DNA of 64,000 nucleotides from Botryllus schlosseri (lineage: Eukaryota), in NCBI GenBank assembly GCA_051294905.1, contig CM119372.1, positions 28,212,001-28,276,000 on the forward strand, written 5' to 3'. The notes under the pieces were generated by a model. The model had not been told where the DNA came from. It made no database searches and was given only the letters and a program-made list of their open reading frames with translations. Below, piece after piece: positions 38,261 through 52,543 of the stretch. The position numbers and the translations under genes were made by a program. The stretch's first letter is position 1, and every line of letters starts with the position of its first letter.

Positions 38261-40021
38261 CTTCGTTACATGATTTTATTTCGTGACCTCCTGTCTGCTA
38301 TATCAAAAATATAGAATCGCTTAAACGTACTAAACTAAAAGACGCACACGATTTCAAATTGCTATTTCTTCACTGGCATATATTTTTCCTGCTGGATGGT
38401 ATTTGTTTTATGAGGTTCAGATTGCCAAGGCAGGAACATATGGCGCCAGTCATTTAGGCGCCTATGGACAATTAAACCTATTATTTTGTATATATATAAC
38501 GAAGTTTTCGGTCTGCGTAAGGGCAGTCCGTTTCGGCCAAGCTTTTCGCGCTGCCGATCGTTCTGGCACACTTCTTGGAGTCGCATGGAATAAGCTCTAA
38601 ATCGTTATATATCTTGGTGCGTAGTGGCGTGTTAATGGCCAACGCCGACATGTCCATTTCTATAAATCTTGCGTGTTTTTTCATGGGGGAAAAGTACCAA
38701 ATAATCAAGATATTTGGCAACTTTAAATCGCGCGCAGCGCGAAAAATTTTGGAAAAAATTGCATAAATTTTCAAAAAATACTCTATAATTTATGCTAATT
38801 CTCGAAATTATTTGGGGCCCCCTTCGAGCTCGGGCCCCCCCAATTGGGGGGTTTGGGGTGCGGCAGTTACGGTGCTGCCCCCACCTACACCCATTTTCAC
38901 GACTTTGCCACTTCTCAAAGCATAATAAGATCGTGACGGTGGGAATGAACTGAAGACCTTGGTGGAGATTGCAAATCAAATGCGCACCTTGACCTAGTCC
39001 TATACTTACGACGATTAGTTATAAAATATTTTCGCACCTCGTCCGAAATACAAAACAATAATAAAATGTAGATAAGTTGCAGCTCGCGAGCTGTCGTCGA
39101 AATCGATATCTCACAAACGTGAGCCGGTCGCGCCGGCTAGTATTTATTTATACGTACAATCGATTAGATACTTTGCATTGTCTCATGTCGGAATAGTGGT
39201 GAGCCGCAACAATTGCCCCATGTTCATGTAAGTGAAAGGTCGTCAGAAAATGTTGTGAAATGAGTTTATTGAAGAATCCCGATCTATATCTATTTATATC
39301 CTCTTTCATTGCAAACACATGGGCAGGTTACGGTGACTTTGCATTTTTTGAGGATCCTTGTCGTTGTGATCCTGACGTTACATGTTTGATAATTATTAGC
39401 CCTCAACACCAGCAGTTTATACACGTTTCAGTGGTGATATGTTGATGCTATGGACTGATCGCAGAAGAATAAATCAATCGTTTATCGATGTTGATGGGAG
39501 TGCTGCATTCACGTGTTTATAAATTTTGAGAGAACCATGCCATTTTGCAAACTAGAAGTGTTACTATGTTGGTTTTTAGTTGTGCACGACATTATCATAA
39601 GACAAAATGCTGTCTGTGGAAAATTACCCTTTACATTCCTAAATTTAACGATTTATATAACACGGCGGGATCACGCCGCAAAAGCGTGATGAGAAAAGCA
39701 TGACGAAATACTGCTTCGCTTGAGTGATATTGTTTCTCTCTTTCAATCAGCTGTTTCATTCAAAGCATCAATTATGACGACAAAAGTCTTTGCCGCTTTT
39801 CTCTCAGAGCATTTTATATAAAAAAAAACATTTGTGAAACTTTCGTCATTTGTTTGTAACCATCTTCTCTGAGGTGATGGTGAGGAAGCAGCAGTAAGGT
39901 CGCTTGGAACGCCGAAAGCTCAGCGTTTTTCTATATATCACCTCTCGTAATCGAATGTTTTTGACAGGATCAATCATCTGTACCGTACTGTATAACGTTT
40001 ATAAATCTCACTTGTGAAAAT

Positions 40022-43000
40022 ATGGATTGTTTAAATCAAAGGAACGGTTTGCTCAAAGCTGCTGCTGGTAGAAAAGTCAATTTCAATGCAGGACCATCGA
40101 AATTACCCTTGCCGGTAAGTACCATACGTGGTCGAAGTCTTTCCAGGAATGTAATGTAATCATTGGTTCGTAGGTTCTCGAGAGAGTGCAAGTCGAAATG
40201 ATGAATTTTGACGGGAAAGGTCTCAGCGTGCTCGGTAAATTCGCTTAATTTCAAACGCAATGATTGTATCGCTTACCGTTTCTTTCGTTTAGAAATGAGT
40301 CACAGATCGACAGAATTTGCCGGAATACTAAACGACGCCAAAAACTCGCTGAGAACGCTACTGTGAGTACGCCCTGAGCTAAGTGAACGCGTCATCATCA
40401 TGCTGCAATCTCGCTGTTCTCGTTTCAAACAGTGATATCCCCGATAACTACAAAATCATCTTCCTACAAGGCGGTGGCTGTGGGCAATTCAGCGCAGTCG
40501 CGATGAATCTAATTGCGAGGAAACCAGGCAGAACCGCTGATTACATCGTCACCGGCACTTGGTCAGCGAAAGCTGCTAAAGAGGTGAGCTTTTCCTGATT
40601 AAGTAGGTTACCAAAAATGACACCGTGCATTTCTTCTGCAGGCCGAGAAGTACGGCAAAGCCCGAATCGTTCATCCAAAATCAGATACCTACACAAGTAT
40701 GCATTAAAATGTTATGTGTAATTGAGAGGGTTGTTAGAATGCTAAATGTCGGAATTTTTCAGAAATACCGCAATGCACTTTCAATGAAGACGCTTCGTAC
40801 GTATACTACTGCGCAAACGAAACAGTACACGGTGTCGAGTTCGTTGATGTACCGGACACGAAGGGAGTGCCTATTGTCACAGACATGTCTTCAAACATTT
40901 TGTCTCGACCCGTCGATGTGTCCAAGGTATACTGTAAACTTATAACAACTTTTCGACTATCCATCTCAATGTTGTGCAATGTCTCGTTGCAGTTCGGCGT
41001 GATATTCGCGGGCGCGCAGAAAAACATCGGGTGCGCTGGTGTCACTGTTGTTATCATACGCGAGGACTTGTTAGGCTTAGCAGTGCCGGAATGCCCGTCA
41101 GTTTTGAATTACAAAACGCAAGCCGACGCTAACTCCCTCTTCAATACGCCATCGTGCTTCGGGTAAATAACGTCCTTCAGACCATGTTTCCATCACGCGT
41201 TTTAACTCGCTGCGATGTTATTGACATCAGGATTTACATCATGGGCCTCGTGTTGAAATGGGCTTCATCTTTTGGAGGCGTCTCTCGGTTATACAAGCAG
41301 AATTGCATCAAAAGCGATTTGTTATATTCTGCCATCAACAACTCAAATGGATTTTACAGGTAAATGAAATTTGCAAGAGTGTCATTGCGTAGCTTCCCTA
41401 ATCCGATAGCAATGCGATGATGGCTTATCACGGCAAGTACTGGCGTCGTAATTAGGAATTACCAATCAACCCAACCACAATGTCTAGACGGGTTGTATTT
41501 ACCTCGCTTTGCATGATATATGGACCACCTATGTACTAACATTATTTCTGATCACGAAAGTGCCAAAGCTGGATGTGTCTTCGGATCATTCTCACTCGGC
41601 GAGTTTTCCGTTGTATATTGAACATATCGCTGGGTCTCTGCGCTTAGATGAGCGGAAGTTTTGAATTCAGTGCGTACTGCTTAGCCGTACAGTACTCAAT
41701 AACAGTTTCTGCAATAAATTATCTGCTGAGTCATCTTGACACCTGCTTACGAAATACGCAACTGCGTGCGTTTTATTCATGTACGAATAAGTAGTGAAGC
41801 ACATGTCGTCGGCCAGAGCTGAACGGATGTAATATTTCCAGTCATAAATCCAGAAATATTTCCATTATCCGAATCCGCTCACGGCAAATCCAAATCCTTG
41901 CTCACCTGTGCCATAGACGCCGGAAGTAATACGTATTATCAACACACGGACGGTTGTTATGCAGTCGGCCACGCTTCAAAGCGCTCCATTTCCGTACGGC
42001 ACTTTGTTTACCTCCATCCCGTGACGTATCGATGTTACCGGCGTCGCCGGTAGTTCAGTTCAGTTCAATGACTGACATCATTAACACCTCTGGTGCTACA
42101 TCGCGCCAGACCTAAAGGCTCGTTTTCACATTGTAGCTTCATTTTAGTCCGTTACGTCAAATGTTTACGCCGACTAAATATATTAGCAAATATTTCAAAC
42201 GAAAAGATTATAAGCGTATTTGTGACTCAATGCTATTGTCGGGAAGAGTAAGCTAAGACTTCTGCAGATCGTTCATTCAAAGTTTTTTTGAATGCTGAAG
42301 GCAAAGATTATTTTGACCATCACTGTAACACATTCCGCATTCGTGACGCCACGTTATTGCTGGTTTATGTAGGCTATGTCCCTAGTGCAGGGATGCGCGC
42401 GGATTTTAATTTTTACAAACCAATTTAAAAAATTTTGCCGTATTTGAATTTACTGTTATTGGACGTGGCATTTTTCGATAATTGGTAAATTTCCATGCTA
42501 CTTTCAAGTTATTCCGAGTAGTTCGATGATGAACTCGGGCTGGACTTTGCTATGACATTATTACCAGGTTTGGATTCGTAGCAGGGACCATATTTAGATT
42601 CAAAGTATTGAATTCGCCCGCCTTCTGCCCTGCTGCTAAAAATGTCATTCTGTATTCACCCTTGACCAAGAGCTTGGTAATTTTGACACGGGAAGTATTT
42701 TAACGTCTGTGACTGTTAAGCTAGGCGGGGAGATTAATCATATAATGCGTTGTTATAGTATTCGTGGTTTATAGACATCAGCGGTCATTTTACACCAGAC
42801 CGAGATTCTCCATGTTTGATGGGCGGTCGCATTTTGGCATTACCTCATTTTGCTGTGGTCTAGGGAAACGAGGAGCATCAATATACCTTGAACAATCAGC
42901 GTAGGGATTCTGGAGTCGATCGAGATGAAAATGCAACCCAATATTGTTGCAAGGTGCGGCGGTGGAACGTACCATTACGCTGTACTCGACACCGTCATTA

Positions 43001-43673
43001 ATGCGAATATAAGCATAGCTAGGGTCGCGCCGCCGTTGACCGTGTAACCCGTTATACTGAAAGAACTATTGCGTTCAGCTGCCCTGTCGATGAAAACTGT
43101 CGCAGTATGATGAACGTACCTTTTCGCATCAATGGCGGAGACGCGGCCCTTGAGAAGAAGTTTCTGGAGGAAACAGACTCCGAGAATATGATGGGGCTGA
43201 AGGGCCACCGGTGCGTAACGAAGCATTTATAGATACTTTTTCCTATGACTCTAGTGTTGAGTTTTCCTGTGCGTACTAGGAGGTTGTGTTTTAGAGTACT
43301 TCCATTTCTATTTTTGGAATATACATGCATAATTTTCTTGATGACTGAGCGAAAGGGTCCCCTGTATCGCAATGACTGAATGTATTTTCGAAAATTGCAC
43401 CTACTTGTGGCGTCACGGTTGCATCTACTTGTGATTAAGTAGAAATAGTCGGCGTTGCGGCTACTTCTTGAGTAGCAACTGTGACTCATTTGACCTTTGA
43501 CACTTAGGGACAATCAAATTTCCCGCTGCTGTTGAAATGATCGGAAACCTTTTCCTTTTGTCAGGAGCGTCGGCGGAATCAGAGCTTCTTTATATAACTC
43601 GATAACGATCGAGGAAACGGAGCAATTAGTCGATTTCATGAAGGACTTCCAACAACGCAACTGTGCCTTGTGA
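40022..43673 (+). CDS. PSAT1: Phosphoserine aminotransferase, 10 coding exons, ~377 aa
   Basis: Exons 40022-40114, 40174-40234, 40293-40362, 40433-40583, 40642-40696, 40763-40926, 40993-41162, 41231-41359, 43079-43210, 43565-43673 join in frame (1134 nt). Motifs [49 protein letters not shown] (PLP lysine), [19 protein letters not shown]. Confidence 0.97.
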
Positions 43674-44361
43674 ATTTCATCGCGACCCAAATGTTTGTTT
43701 TAAAACGGTGGATATTTTCTCCTTTTTTCGGTCTTCTTTGTTATGCTCGTCTTAACTAGGAGATTCCCTTCGTTGTGTAATGTACTTATTCTAATCATTA
43801 TATTGTTTTATGACAGTGTTATCGCTGCAATTTGCTGGTGATGTTAGAAATCAGGTAGCCTGAGAAAGATTGTCGGAGTATATATAGGCAGCCTACCTTG
43901 CGTAAGTGGTACACGCCCCGGTCTGGTTAGAGTGCAAGAAAGTTAGCGGATTCAATTTAAATTTTAAACTGTCGAGTATCGACTGATGAAGTTCGGGTCT
44001 TAAGAGAGGATACCGCAGCTTGTTACACCTTTACGACGGAACTGATGAAACGTCTGGCTGAGCGACACGCGGTGGCGATATAGTGTTGTCTAGGATTGTG
44101 CCAGGATCGCGACATAAATTGCATCGGACGCAAAACTTCAGCCTCACAGTCACAATGCAACTGATTCCTGATCCGATGCTGCGAATGCTACGAGGTAAAG
44201 CCGAACAAAAATGAGAGAATATTAATATAATGAAATATTGGATTCAGTGCTTTTACCACGATGGGGTTAGTGGTAGAGGGTAGGTAGACTGTGCCGGCTA
44301 TACGTAAATTTTGTAAACTGTGATATAAAATAATGTACATAATTCTGTTGTTACTGTATAG

Positions 44362-45994
44362 CAGGGGTCGGCAACCTTTTGCTAGTCGCGGGCCAAATTC
44401 CGAGTGCACAACTTTTCGGCGGGCCGGAATTTTTCTTGATACTATTTTTAACGCTCACGTCGGTTGAGTACCCTACATTGCTACAATCTCAATCATACAA
44501 ATCACAAAAAGGGCAAAACACATGTATTTACACTTCAACAACGCAGCATAAATGTGACACTTGGCGCAGCATGCTTTGTGAAAGAATTTCAACTTCTAAT
44601 AACAAGTCAGATGAAGCAACAATCAAACCACATTCTAAATGGGCATTAGAATACGTGATCTTAGCTTGCTCTTCGTGAATTCCATTGTTTTAAACTATTT
44701 TTCACATGCGTACGTGCTATCAAAAGTCGATGCCATTTCTTTTGCATTGTTGGTCAAGCTGGGATAAAGACCCATTTCAAGAACGTACTCTTTGTCAAAG
44801 TCATGCAGCGATATGCTCGTTGTGTGAAATTTGTCTTTCAATTCAACTCCATCGCATTTCAAAAGGGCCCATTTGAAATTTTCAGGCAACGGTATTGACG
44901 CTGACATTAAACCGAGTACTGAGTAGTCAGAATTTATTTTGTACAGAACGAATGTCGGAAAAGTGGGTGGAAATTCAGTAATTAAATTTCGTATCACAGT
45001 TACAAAGGTATACTAGTGCTGGTACTAAAAGTTTACTCTCCACCAGTATAGGAAAGTGAGCATAATTTTCTTTTTACTGTTGACATTCCCAGAGTCGCAG
45101 TTTTGTTTCGAATGCGCCTCAACATCTCATGTATTCAGTTATTTCCTCCTGAAGTTGCAAATTCAATTTGTTAGATGTGACGTTAAATGTACTACGAACG
45201 CAAGATTAGATACCCATTTTCGATGACAAGATTATGAGTCGGCGATGTTCGTATTTTCAAGGAAAGTTGCTAATTCGTTTCTCAGTTCATACACTCGTGC
45301 AAGGATAGCGGCTCGACTTAATGTGCGAACATGGCAGATATACAGGGCATCGCCATATTGATTCTCTGCTTCTAGCAATATATGGGGTAGGCTAACTGTC
45401 GGTGATCAAGTTTGTGAGACATAATCAGCTTACCCCACTGTGTCCAAAACACTATTCAGGTTTGTTGTCTTGGCGTACAATGTCTTCTGGTGAATTAAAC
45501 TGCAGATGACCAACCTACGGAGGCTGGTTATCTCAAATGAAACGGAAAGTTTAAGATTTTGTCATTGCGTCTGAGATGTTCCAAGCGTTTTTGAAGCAGA
45601 GGAACTGCACCTTTAATGTCGCACCCTATCAGAGTGGCAACCCCTTAAAAAGTATGGTATACCTATGGTTTCGCGATACACACGCTTTATAAGCACTGGT
45701 CTAGTCTACTCTACATACATTCTCCATCTCCTACTTTTAGTACGAGATAGGCGACTAATCAACAGCCTTCGCATCAGTTTTATGGCGTAACAATAGACCA
45801 ATACGACGTAGGATACTTACATCGTAGCAATGCCGCATTTTTACCAAGCAGTGCTGCAGTGCTGCACTGCAGATTGGAACTCATTACGAAATGGCGGGCC
45901 GTATTCTTGTGGTAACTAATTATTTCGTCGCGGGCCGGACGATTTCGCTTGGCGGGCCGGATCCAGCCCGCGGGCCGTAGGTTGCCGACCCTTG
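44362..45994 (-). mobile_element. Deleted hAT (Charlie/Buster/SPIN-like) element with decayed transposase
   Basis: TIR CAGGGGTCGGCAACCT / AGGTTGCCGACCCTTG; exact TSD CTGTATAG; minus-strand remnants CSLIHQKTLYA, YGDALYICHVRTLSRAAILARVYELRNEL and YPSLTNNAKEMASTFDSTYACEK*FKTM..TKSKLRSRI. Confidence 0.88.
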
Positions 45995-46076
45995 CTGTAT
46001 AGGCCTATATGCTAGTTCTGGAATATGGTGTCCCGGCTATGCACCGTAATTTACTATTCCTCATCGTGCCAAGCGG

Positions 46077-46454
46077 AGGGTTACCATACTTCGGGATCCG
46101 GACTAGAGAAATACTGATCAGGAATTTTCACGGGAAATCCGCGTGTGCTGACTAAAAAAGAGTCGTTTCCCAACTCTACTCCCGCATGACCTATTTTTAT
46201 AAAAATACCCTTCTGTTGACTAAAAAGTAAAAATCAAAAAGAGCCTCTCGAATATTCACATTACAGATTTCGCGTCATTTAGGGCGTTTTTTGTTGTGCC
46301 TGTGTGGCCTGTTGCCTCACTGTCAAAGCTATAAAGGCAGACAAATTGCCAAAAGGAGGACATATAGGCATTATCGATGGGCATTTTCGATTTTCTTAAA
46401 AAGAAGGACATATCCTCCTAAAAGAGGACAATTACAGGACATATGGTAACCCTA
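46077..46454. mobile_element. MITE with AGGGTTACCATA termini and AGGACA repeats
   Basis: AGGGTTACCATA / TATGGTAACCCT inverted termini; TSD not clear; related to 46596-47499. Confidence 0.6.
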
Positions 46455-46595
46455 CTACCAAGCCAAGTATTATAAAAATTGGAGCACTCGCCCGTCCTCG
46501 TTTTTCTGATGTCAAATGTGGCATCAATCACAGGAATACAGGATAACATACACATAATTTACTTCTAACCGCAATGATGCAACTTTATTGTTGAG

Positions 46596-47499
46596 TAGGG
46601 TTACCAAATTTTAGGTATCTGAAAACAGGACACTTTTTCAAAATTTTCAGACTTACAATATACCGTAGTTAGGGTTGCATTTAAAGAAAAATCAATTTAA
46701 GACAAGCGTTTAAAACAAGGCCCTAATTTGAAACACGTTTTTTTAAGCCATGACGTCCCAATATCCAATTGTGACGTCATAGGGGTTTGACATTGACAAT
46801 TGAAATATAAGGTAAATATAGCTCCTTGGACGAGATATCTGTACTATTAATGTTGAACCGACTATTTTGCGGGTTCCAACCATCCCATATCGATATACGT
46901 CGGCTATATCGGGTGGTAATTGTCCGTAGGCTCATACGACATGTTTTTTGGAAAGTATTTACACAATTATGACATAATTTTACAACTTGAAAAAAGGCCT
47001 TTATTTAAAACACTGTTTAAAACAGGGGTCACCAACACGCTACAAAATTTGAAAAGTGGCCCGCGACCCGTTTTGAGTTGGCGACCCCTGGTTTAAAACA
47101 TGTTTTAAACAAAGTGTTTGCTTTAAATGCAACCCTAACCGTAATGAAATCCGGAAAAATTGGTAAATTTATTCCGAGATTGTGGTTGGTTGACTAAAAA
47201 AAAGGTCACGTTTCCGGCTAAACTCCAGAAATACCCGCTTTTTATTACATTTCCCGTTGGTTGACTGGTTGACTAAAAAAAGATCATCAACGCAGCAACT
47301 CCCGAAAGACCCGACGGACCGTTACTTCAGTACTGATTTCCTATATCTCAGTCCAATTTCTGCATACATTTAACCGAAATTTTCGAACAAGAGGACAAAT
47401 TCTCAAAAAACAGGACGTTTGGGCCTCCTCTGAGGACGTGTTCAAATAAGTAAGAATAAAAGGACAAATCCTTCTGAAATAGTACGTATGGTAGCACTA
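46596..47499. mobile_element. MITE (TAGGGTTACCA termini) with two levels of nested insertion
   Basis: TSD TTGTTGAG/TCGTTGAG. Contains 46670-47137 (TIR TAGGGTTGCATTTAAAG, TSD ACCGTAGT/ACCGTAAT), which in turn contains 47023-47090 (TSD GTTTAAAA). An inverted copy without these inserts lies at ~61168-61558. Confidence 0.8.
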
Positions 47500-48344
47500 T
47501 CGTTGAGTATATCACATAATTCACTAACTCATCAAGATTCAATACGCATTTTTGTGGCTCTCACGCACGTCAAATGATACGAGTAATGGCGGAGTAATGT
47601 GTAGGCCCCTATTCTTTTTGTTGCCGAGAACTGTGTCTGATTTTAGACTTCTAAGAAGTCTTTTCGACTATTTCTCATCGTTTCATATCATCACAATTTG
47701 GCCATATTTTGAATTGATCAGAATATTCATCAAAACAGCGAAAGTGATCTTCAAATTTCATAATCAGGCATTGTGAATAGGGGTGCATTTAAAACAAAAA
47801 TCAATTTAAAACAAATATATGTAAAACAATGCCAGTTTTAAAACACGTTTTTTACTGAATGTTTGTTGTTGTTTTAGCCATGACGTCTCGAGTCTTAAAA
47901 TTGTGACGTCACACTGGAGTGCTATTGAAAATTGAAAATATACGGTGAAGATGACTCCGTTGACCAGGAGTGGGCAATTATTTTTCCCCGCGGGCCAAAT
48001 GGAAGTAGAAAATACATTAGCGGGCTGAGTCAACATTTTTTACCTATATTGTGTGGCGTAATAATTGTATTTCTAAATTGAAAGCAGTGAATTACATTAT
48101 TAAGACATGGCGATCAGTGGATATATTGAAATTAGGCAATGAAAAAGTGTCGATTAATTACCAAAATTAATATTTATACTCCGTCATAATTCAAAACAAT
48201 GGTAAGCATGTTACATTTTAAACTTTTTTGAACCCAGAGATGTATTTTTGAGATAGCTTGTCTCAAAACGGATTATTATCAGGTAGTTTGAAGTATCGGC
48301 TTAGAGACTTTTACATGGATAGTGATGTCTATGTGACTTATAAT

Positions 48345-49598
48345 CAGAGGTGGTCAAAGTAGTCAAGAAAGCTACTCAAGTAGAAGTAGAAGTAGCGACG
48401 AAAAAAACTACTCAAGTACGAGTAGAAGTACTTATTCCATGAGCAACCTAAAACTACTTGAAGTTGAAGTAGAATTTACTGACTTTAAAAGTACTCAAGT
48501 AAGTAAGTAGTTGTGAAAACGATCGTGATTCGCTCACATGGTAAAAAGGTGCAAATTGAGCTATGCGAAAAGGTGTCGAGCTTGATTTATATTGATGCAT
48601 GCCAGCAGGTCTCCAATTTTCGATAAGCATTCGTCCACATCATGGGATGAAAATGATAGTATTGATATGGAAATGCGATACTAATCCTCTGTTTACTCAA
48701 AAAGCACGTTTTAGAAAATATCATGGTATTGCGCACTCACCCATATTATAAGGCCTGCAGTTTAGTCGAAGAGCAATACGGAGATGTTGTGTTGGATACG
48801 GTGCAAACACTTTGTGCGATTAGTAAACGTTAAAATGCTATATTGTGTAGCTTTATTTATGGAAATTGAAGATATTACCACACTTGTTTTTCTACTTCAA
48901 CATGTACGTTATCCAGACAAAAGAACTGATATAAATTAGAAATCAAAATATATGGTACTGGAAAATGAAAGTGAAATATAAATCTAAAAATGGAACATGT
49001 ATTTAATGTCTTTAGTCCAGAAAGTTTCGAAGGTTGGTATGCTAAAACAGCTCTAAAACAAAAACAAAAAAAGTCCACTTTTCGAGATTAGGACACGCCA
49101 TGGACAGCTTGATCACAATATGATAAGTAAATGCTAGATTGCGAAACATTAGTTTCAAACGTTATGGTAAGCCATATATACTGTGATGAAATACTTGATA
49201 TGGCGAAGGACGACAATGCGGTGTGAACGGAACCACGCCAATCCGCTACTAAATTATATTCACCAATACTTTCGTGAAATCATACTAGTTACTCCCGCTT
49301 CTCTGCGCGCGAAGCGCGACGAAAATTCTGGGAACAACTCAACTTTTATGAAAATTAAATGTCGATACTCCGTGAAAACAGCCCCGAAATTTCTCAGGCT
49401 ATCTTCCTGATTGGAGGATTAAACTACTTCTACTTGACAAACTGAAAATAGCGAAAAGTAAGTAAGTAGATCACAAAATATTATGAAGTAGAAGTAGAAG
49501 TAATGAAATTCAGTTCTACTTGAGTAAGTACCAGAAGTAGAAGAAAACTACTTGAGTACTTCGAAAAAGTAGAAGTACTTCGTTACTGACCACCTCTG
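48345..49598. mobile_element. hAT-type element with GAAGTA repeats (copy 2, inverted relative to 3824-5089)
   Basis: TIR CAGAGGTGGTCA / TGACCACCTCTG; exact TSD CTTATAAT at 48337-48344 and 49599-49606. Confidence 0.9.
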
Positions 49599-49896
49599 CT
49601 TATAATTGCGAAGGAGTCACTGCGCTCTTAATATGATATGGTCTGAAATCAAAGTTGAAAGTGTGAAAAACATTTTCGCAACAGTCATATATTCCTCAAA
49701 AAGCAACTGTACTCGAAGTGCAGCTAGAAGATTTTCACGGAAGTTACCATTGTGCACTCTACCTATCTCTACCTATCGCTTCTTAAACCCTTGGAAAATT
49801 TCTCGCATGCATTTCTGCACTGTTCTACTTTCGGCGCTTTCGAATAAAATAAAATTCAGTATGGGATCGGATGCGTTTGGCTAGGCTTCCGGCAAC

Positions 49897-50015
49897 CAGA
49901 CTTGGACAACTAGAAAATTTTCAGCTTTTCCAAATTAGATTAGAATTAGATTACTGGCATTTCATTCTAATTCAGTGAAATTAGACAACTAGAATTATCT
50001 AGTTGTCCAAGTCTG
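49897..50015. mobile_element. 119-bp MITE
   Basis: TIR CAGACTTGGACAACTAGA / TCTAGTTGTCCAAGTCTG; possible TSD CCGGCAAC/CCCACAAC (2 mismatches). Confidence 0.7.
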
Positions 50016-50868
50016 CCCACAACAGCTATATCCATCAATATCGCGATACTATACCTGTTTTTGCAAACACCCATGTACGTTGCTCTTTTTGATTATTTTG
50101 TGACTTGACAATAAGGGGCAAGGTTGGAATTTTGTATCGCCGTCAAGGGGTGCGTCTCCAAAAATTTATGAACTACTGGTCTTAATGCATGTGCATTGTA
50201 CATTGTACAATAACAATTCATTTAGCAACTCTGCGTTTGTAAGGCATCAAAGTAACACAGTCGCTGATTGTCATGTGAGTGCACGATAGCTGAAGTACGA
50301 ATGAAACAGAGGTGATAAATGAAGTTACAATTTAAATCGGGTGTGCTAGCTCACACCTTGACTGCGCAAGATCAACTTTCCAAACCCCACTGTCATCTGA
50401 CGGTCAGTCTGCGCAATGTATATGTGGCTGTGAAATTTCCCGTTTAAAAACGTCATCACTTTCGCTCTATCCGTATTTTAGCTCGATCACTAATGATCGC
50501 TGAACGGCCTATTTGGAGCCGGACGCTATTGTAATAATGATAATAACCGTTGGTATCGTATCACCATGGAAAACTGAATGGGATAGAACGGTAACTGCGT
50601 GGCCTGTCAATCATTTCCGGTCGGGTGATAGTGACCTCACGAGTTGAGCAAATTCGCGTCAGTCACAAAACCTTGGCATTGAGAAAGTTTCTGTTTTCTG
50701 TTAGTGATCTTTTGTGGCATTTGACCTTATAGTAGGTGTTTTGCAGATATGTATTGGTGATTCATTACAACTATCGAATATTGGAAATGCCTGGTTTTAA
50801 TACTAGTCGGAAAAATAGTAATTCAATACTGTCATGGGATCTGTCTTATTATTATTATAAATATTTTA

Positions 50869-51834
50869 ATGTATACTCATTTATACAGTATATCTATTGA
50901 AATTATGGCCTCGAAAGTCAGTGATGTTGTTGAGGAATGGTACGATATTCCTCCGGAAATTGTCCATGAACTGCTCTTCAACGACTTTGACGAAAGCAAG
51001 GACACCATATATGTTCCAAATATCATACAGCAACCAGTTGATCTTGCACCGCTGCTGCGCTCATTGGATTTCAAAGACCCGCCAGTACTCTCTGAAAAAG
51101 GTATTGAACTAGCTACGGGTTGGATTATCAGTATGAACTCCAACGGAAATCCTGATGATCTTGTGATGAGTTACAGTAAGGTTTGCGGTGATCCAATATC
51201 ATTCACAAAATCAAAGGACAGGCTTCTCTCTGCCAAATTTTTACTTGAGCTCATGGAAAGAATTATTGATAATGGAATAAAGGCACCGCAGCCTGAGTCA
51301 TTAGTGTCTGCCAGTATTTCTGGAAGGGAGAGTGATATTTTGGAATACATGGCTGGTTTTACTTTGAGAAAGGCGATTCGAAAATTCAATGACCAGTTAG
51401 ACCGATCTTTGCTTGAATATATTACAAATAACACTGGTAAGCCCTTTGGCAAGTTGATCCCCCTAATGGAGCGGAAGGCCAGGGCACTTATTTATCCAAG
51501 CGCTGAGCTGCTCTTTCTTCTTAGGAGAGTCTACAGGGAGTTTACAAGGGAATGCAGCAAATCCCCAAAGTTAATGAACTTTTCAATTTTACAGGACAGA
51601 GTTATCAAAAGTTCGTACGTATTCAACTTCACAAGCAGCATCAACAGAGCGACATGTTCTGATGTCCATTCCAAACTAGTTATAGATTATATCATTAGCT
51701 TATTTCTCAGAGTGTTGGGTCACTCCTTCACGAAGAAGCTAGTTAGTAAACTTCGAAAACGAAGAGAGTCGAATAAAGAAAGCCAGGGTACTCGTGGTGA
51801 TTTAAAGGGAAAACCAATATTGAGTAAAGAATGA
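50869..51834 (+). CDS. Transposon-borne 321-aa protein resembling the C-terminal region of P-element-type transposases
   Basis: By far the longest uninterrupted ORF in the window (alternative start MASKV at 50905); motif ILEYMAGFTLRK...LIYPSAEL resembles the Y(I/L)AG(Y/F)...L..PS signature; basic C-terminus KLRKRRES (NLS-like). Confidence 0.65.
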   Translation: MYTHLYSISIEIMASKVSDVVEEWYDIPPEIVHELLFNDFDESKDTIYVPNIIQQPVDLAPLLRSLDFKDPPVLSEKGIELATGWIISMNSNGNPDDLVMSYSKVCGDPISFTKSKDRLLSAKFLLELMERIIDNGIKAPQPESLVSASISGRESDILEYMAGFTLRKAIRKFNDQLDRSLLEYITNNTGKPFGKLIPLMERKARALIYPSAELLFLLRRVYREFTRECSKSPKLMNFSILQDRVIKSSYVFNFTSSINRATCSDVHSKLVIDYIISLFLRVLGHSFTKKLVSKLRKRRESNKESQGTRGDLKGKPILSKE

Positions 51835-52543
51835 TGAATTGTTTTGTTTGCAATTTCATAGTTATACATTAGCATGTATCTCGCCTTTTAATTACTTCCC
51901 ATCTAGTTTCTATGAATATGACCTAAGATAAGCACCAGTGCCATGGATGCTTTCTAATACGCTATGCATTATTTTTCAGGTTACACGTTCTGCCTGCACC
52001 GCTGACTCCCTCTCTCTCCGGTGCTAACATTTAACATCGCAGGTCATTAAGAAACGTTATTACAAGTATGACGGTTCAATGACGATGAGTATATCAGCTA
52101 ACCCTCTACCATACGAAACGGAGGGCACAATATTACTACATTCCGGCTATGTAGCCATAAGGCATTGTTAACTGCTATTATATCTCACTTCATGCAATCC
52201 TTTCAAGAAATAAACACATTTCAACAGTTATTTGTGGTATTGTGTATTGACCATTTGCTAGATGTTAGCCTGTTATGCAAAACTATCCGGGGCACAACTG
52301 GAAGTGACTGCTTGGTGCATGAAGACACCGTGGAGACCAAAGTGTAAACCCGGTTAAAATGAAAGATCTCCGGGTCGCCGTGACCCTTTCATAGCTAGCA
52401 AATGGGTTTGATGTCAGTGACAGTTTAAAGATATTCATCATCCATCGTTGCATGGTCCGTGGTCTTGCGGCTTGTCAATATTGCCCGTTTCCAACTGCAT
52501 CTGAAAAATAAATATATACGGCAGCACATGGTGTGGTTGTAAA

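Noticed and set aside
43660..43673. PSAT1 C-terminal CAL as a peroxisomal or prenylation signal
   Set aside because: Lacks the basic middle residue of PTS1, and the Cys is not at position -4 as CaaX requires.
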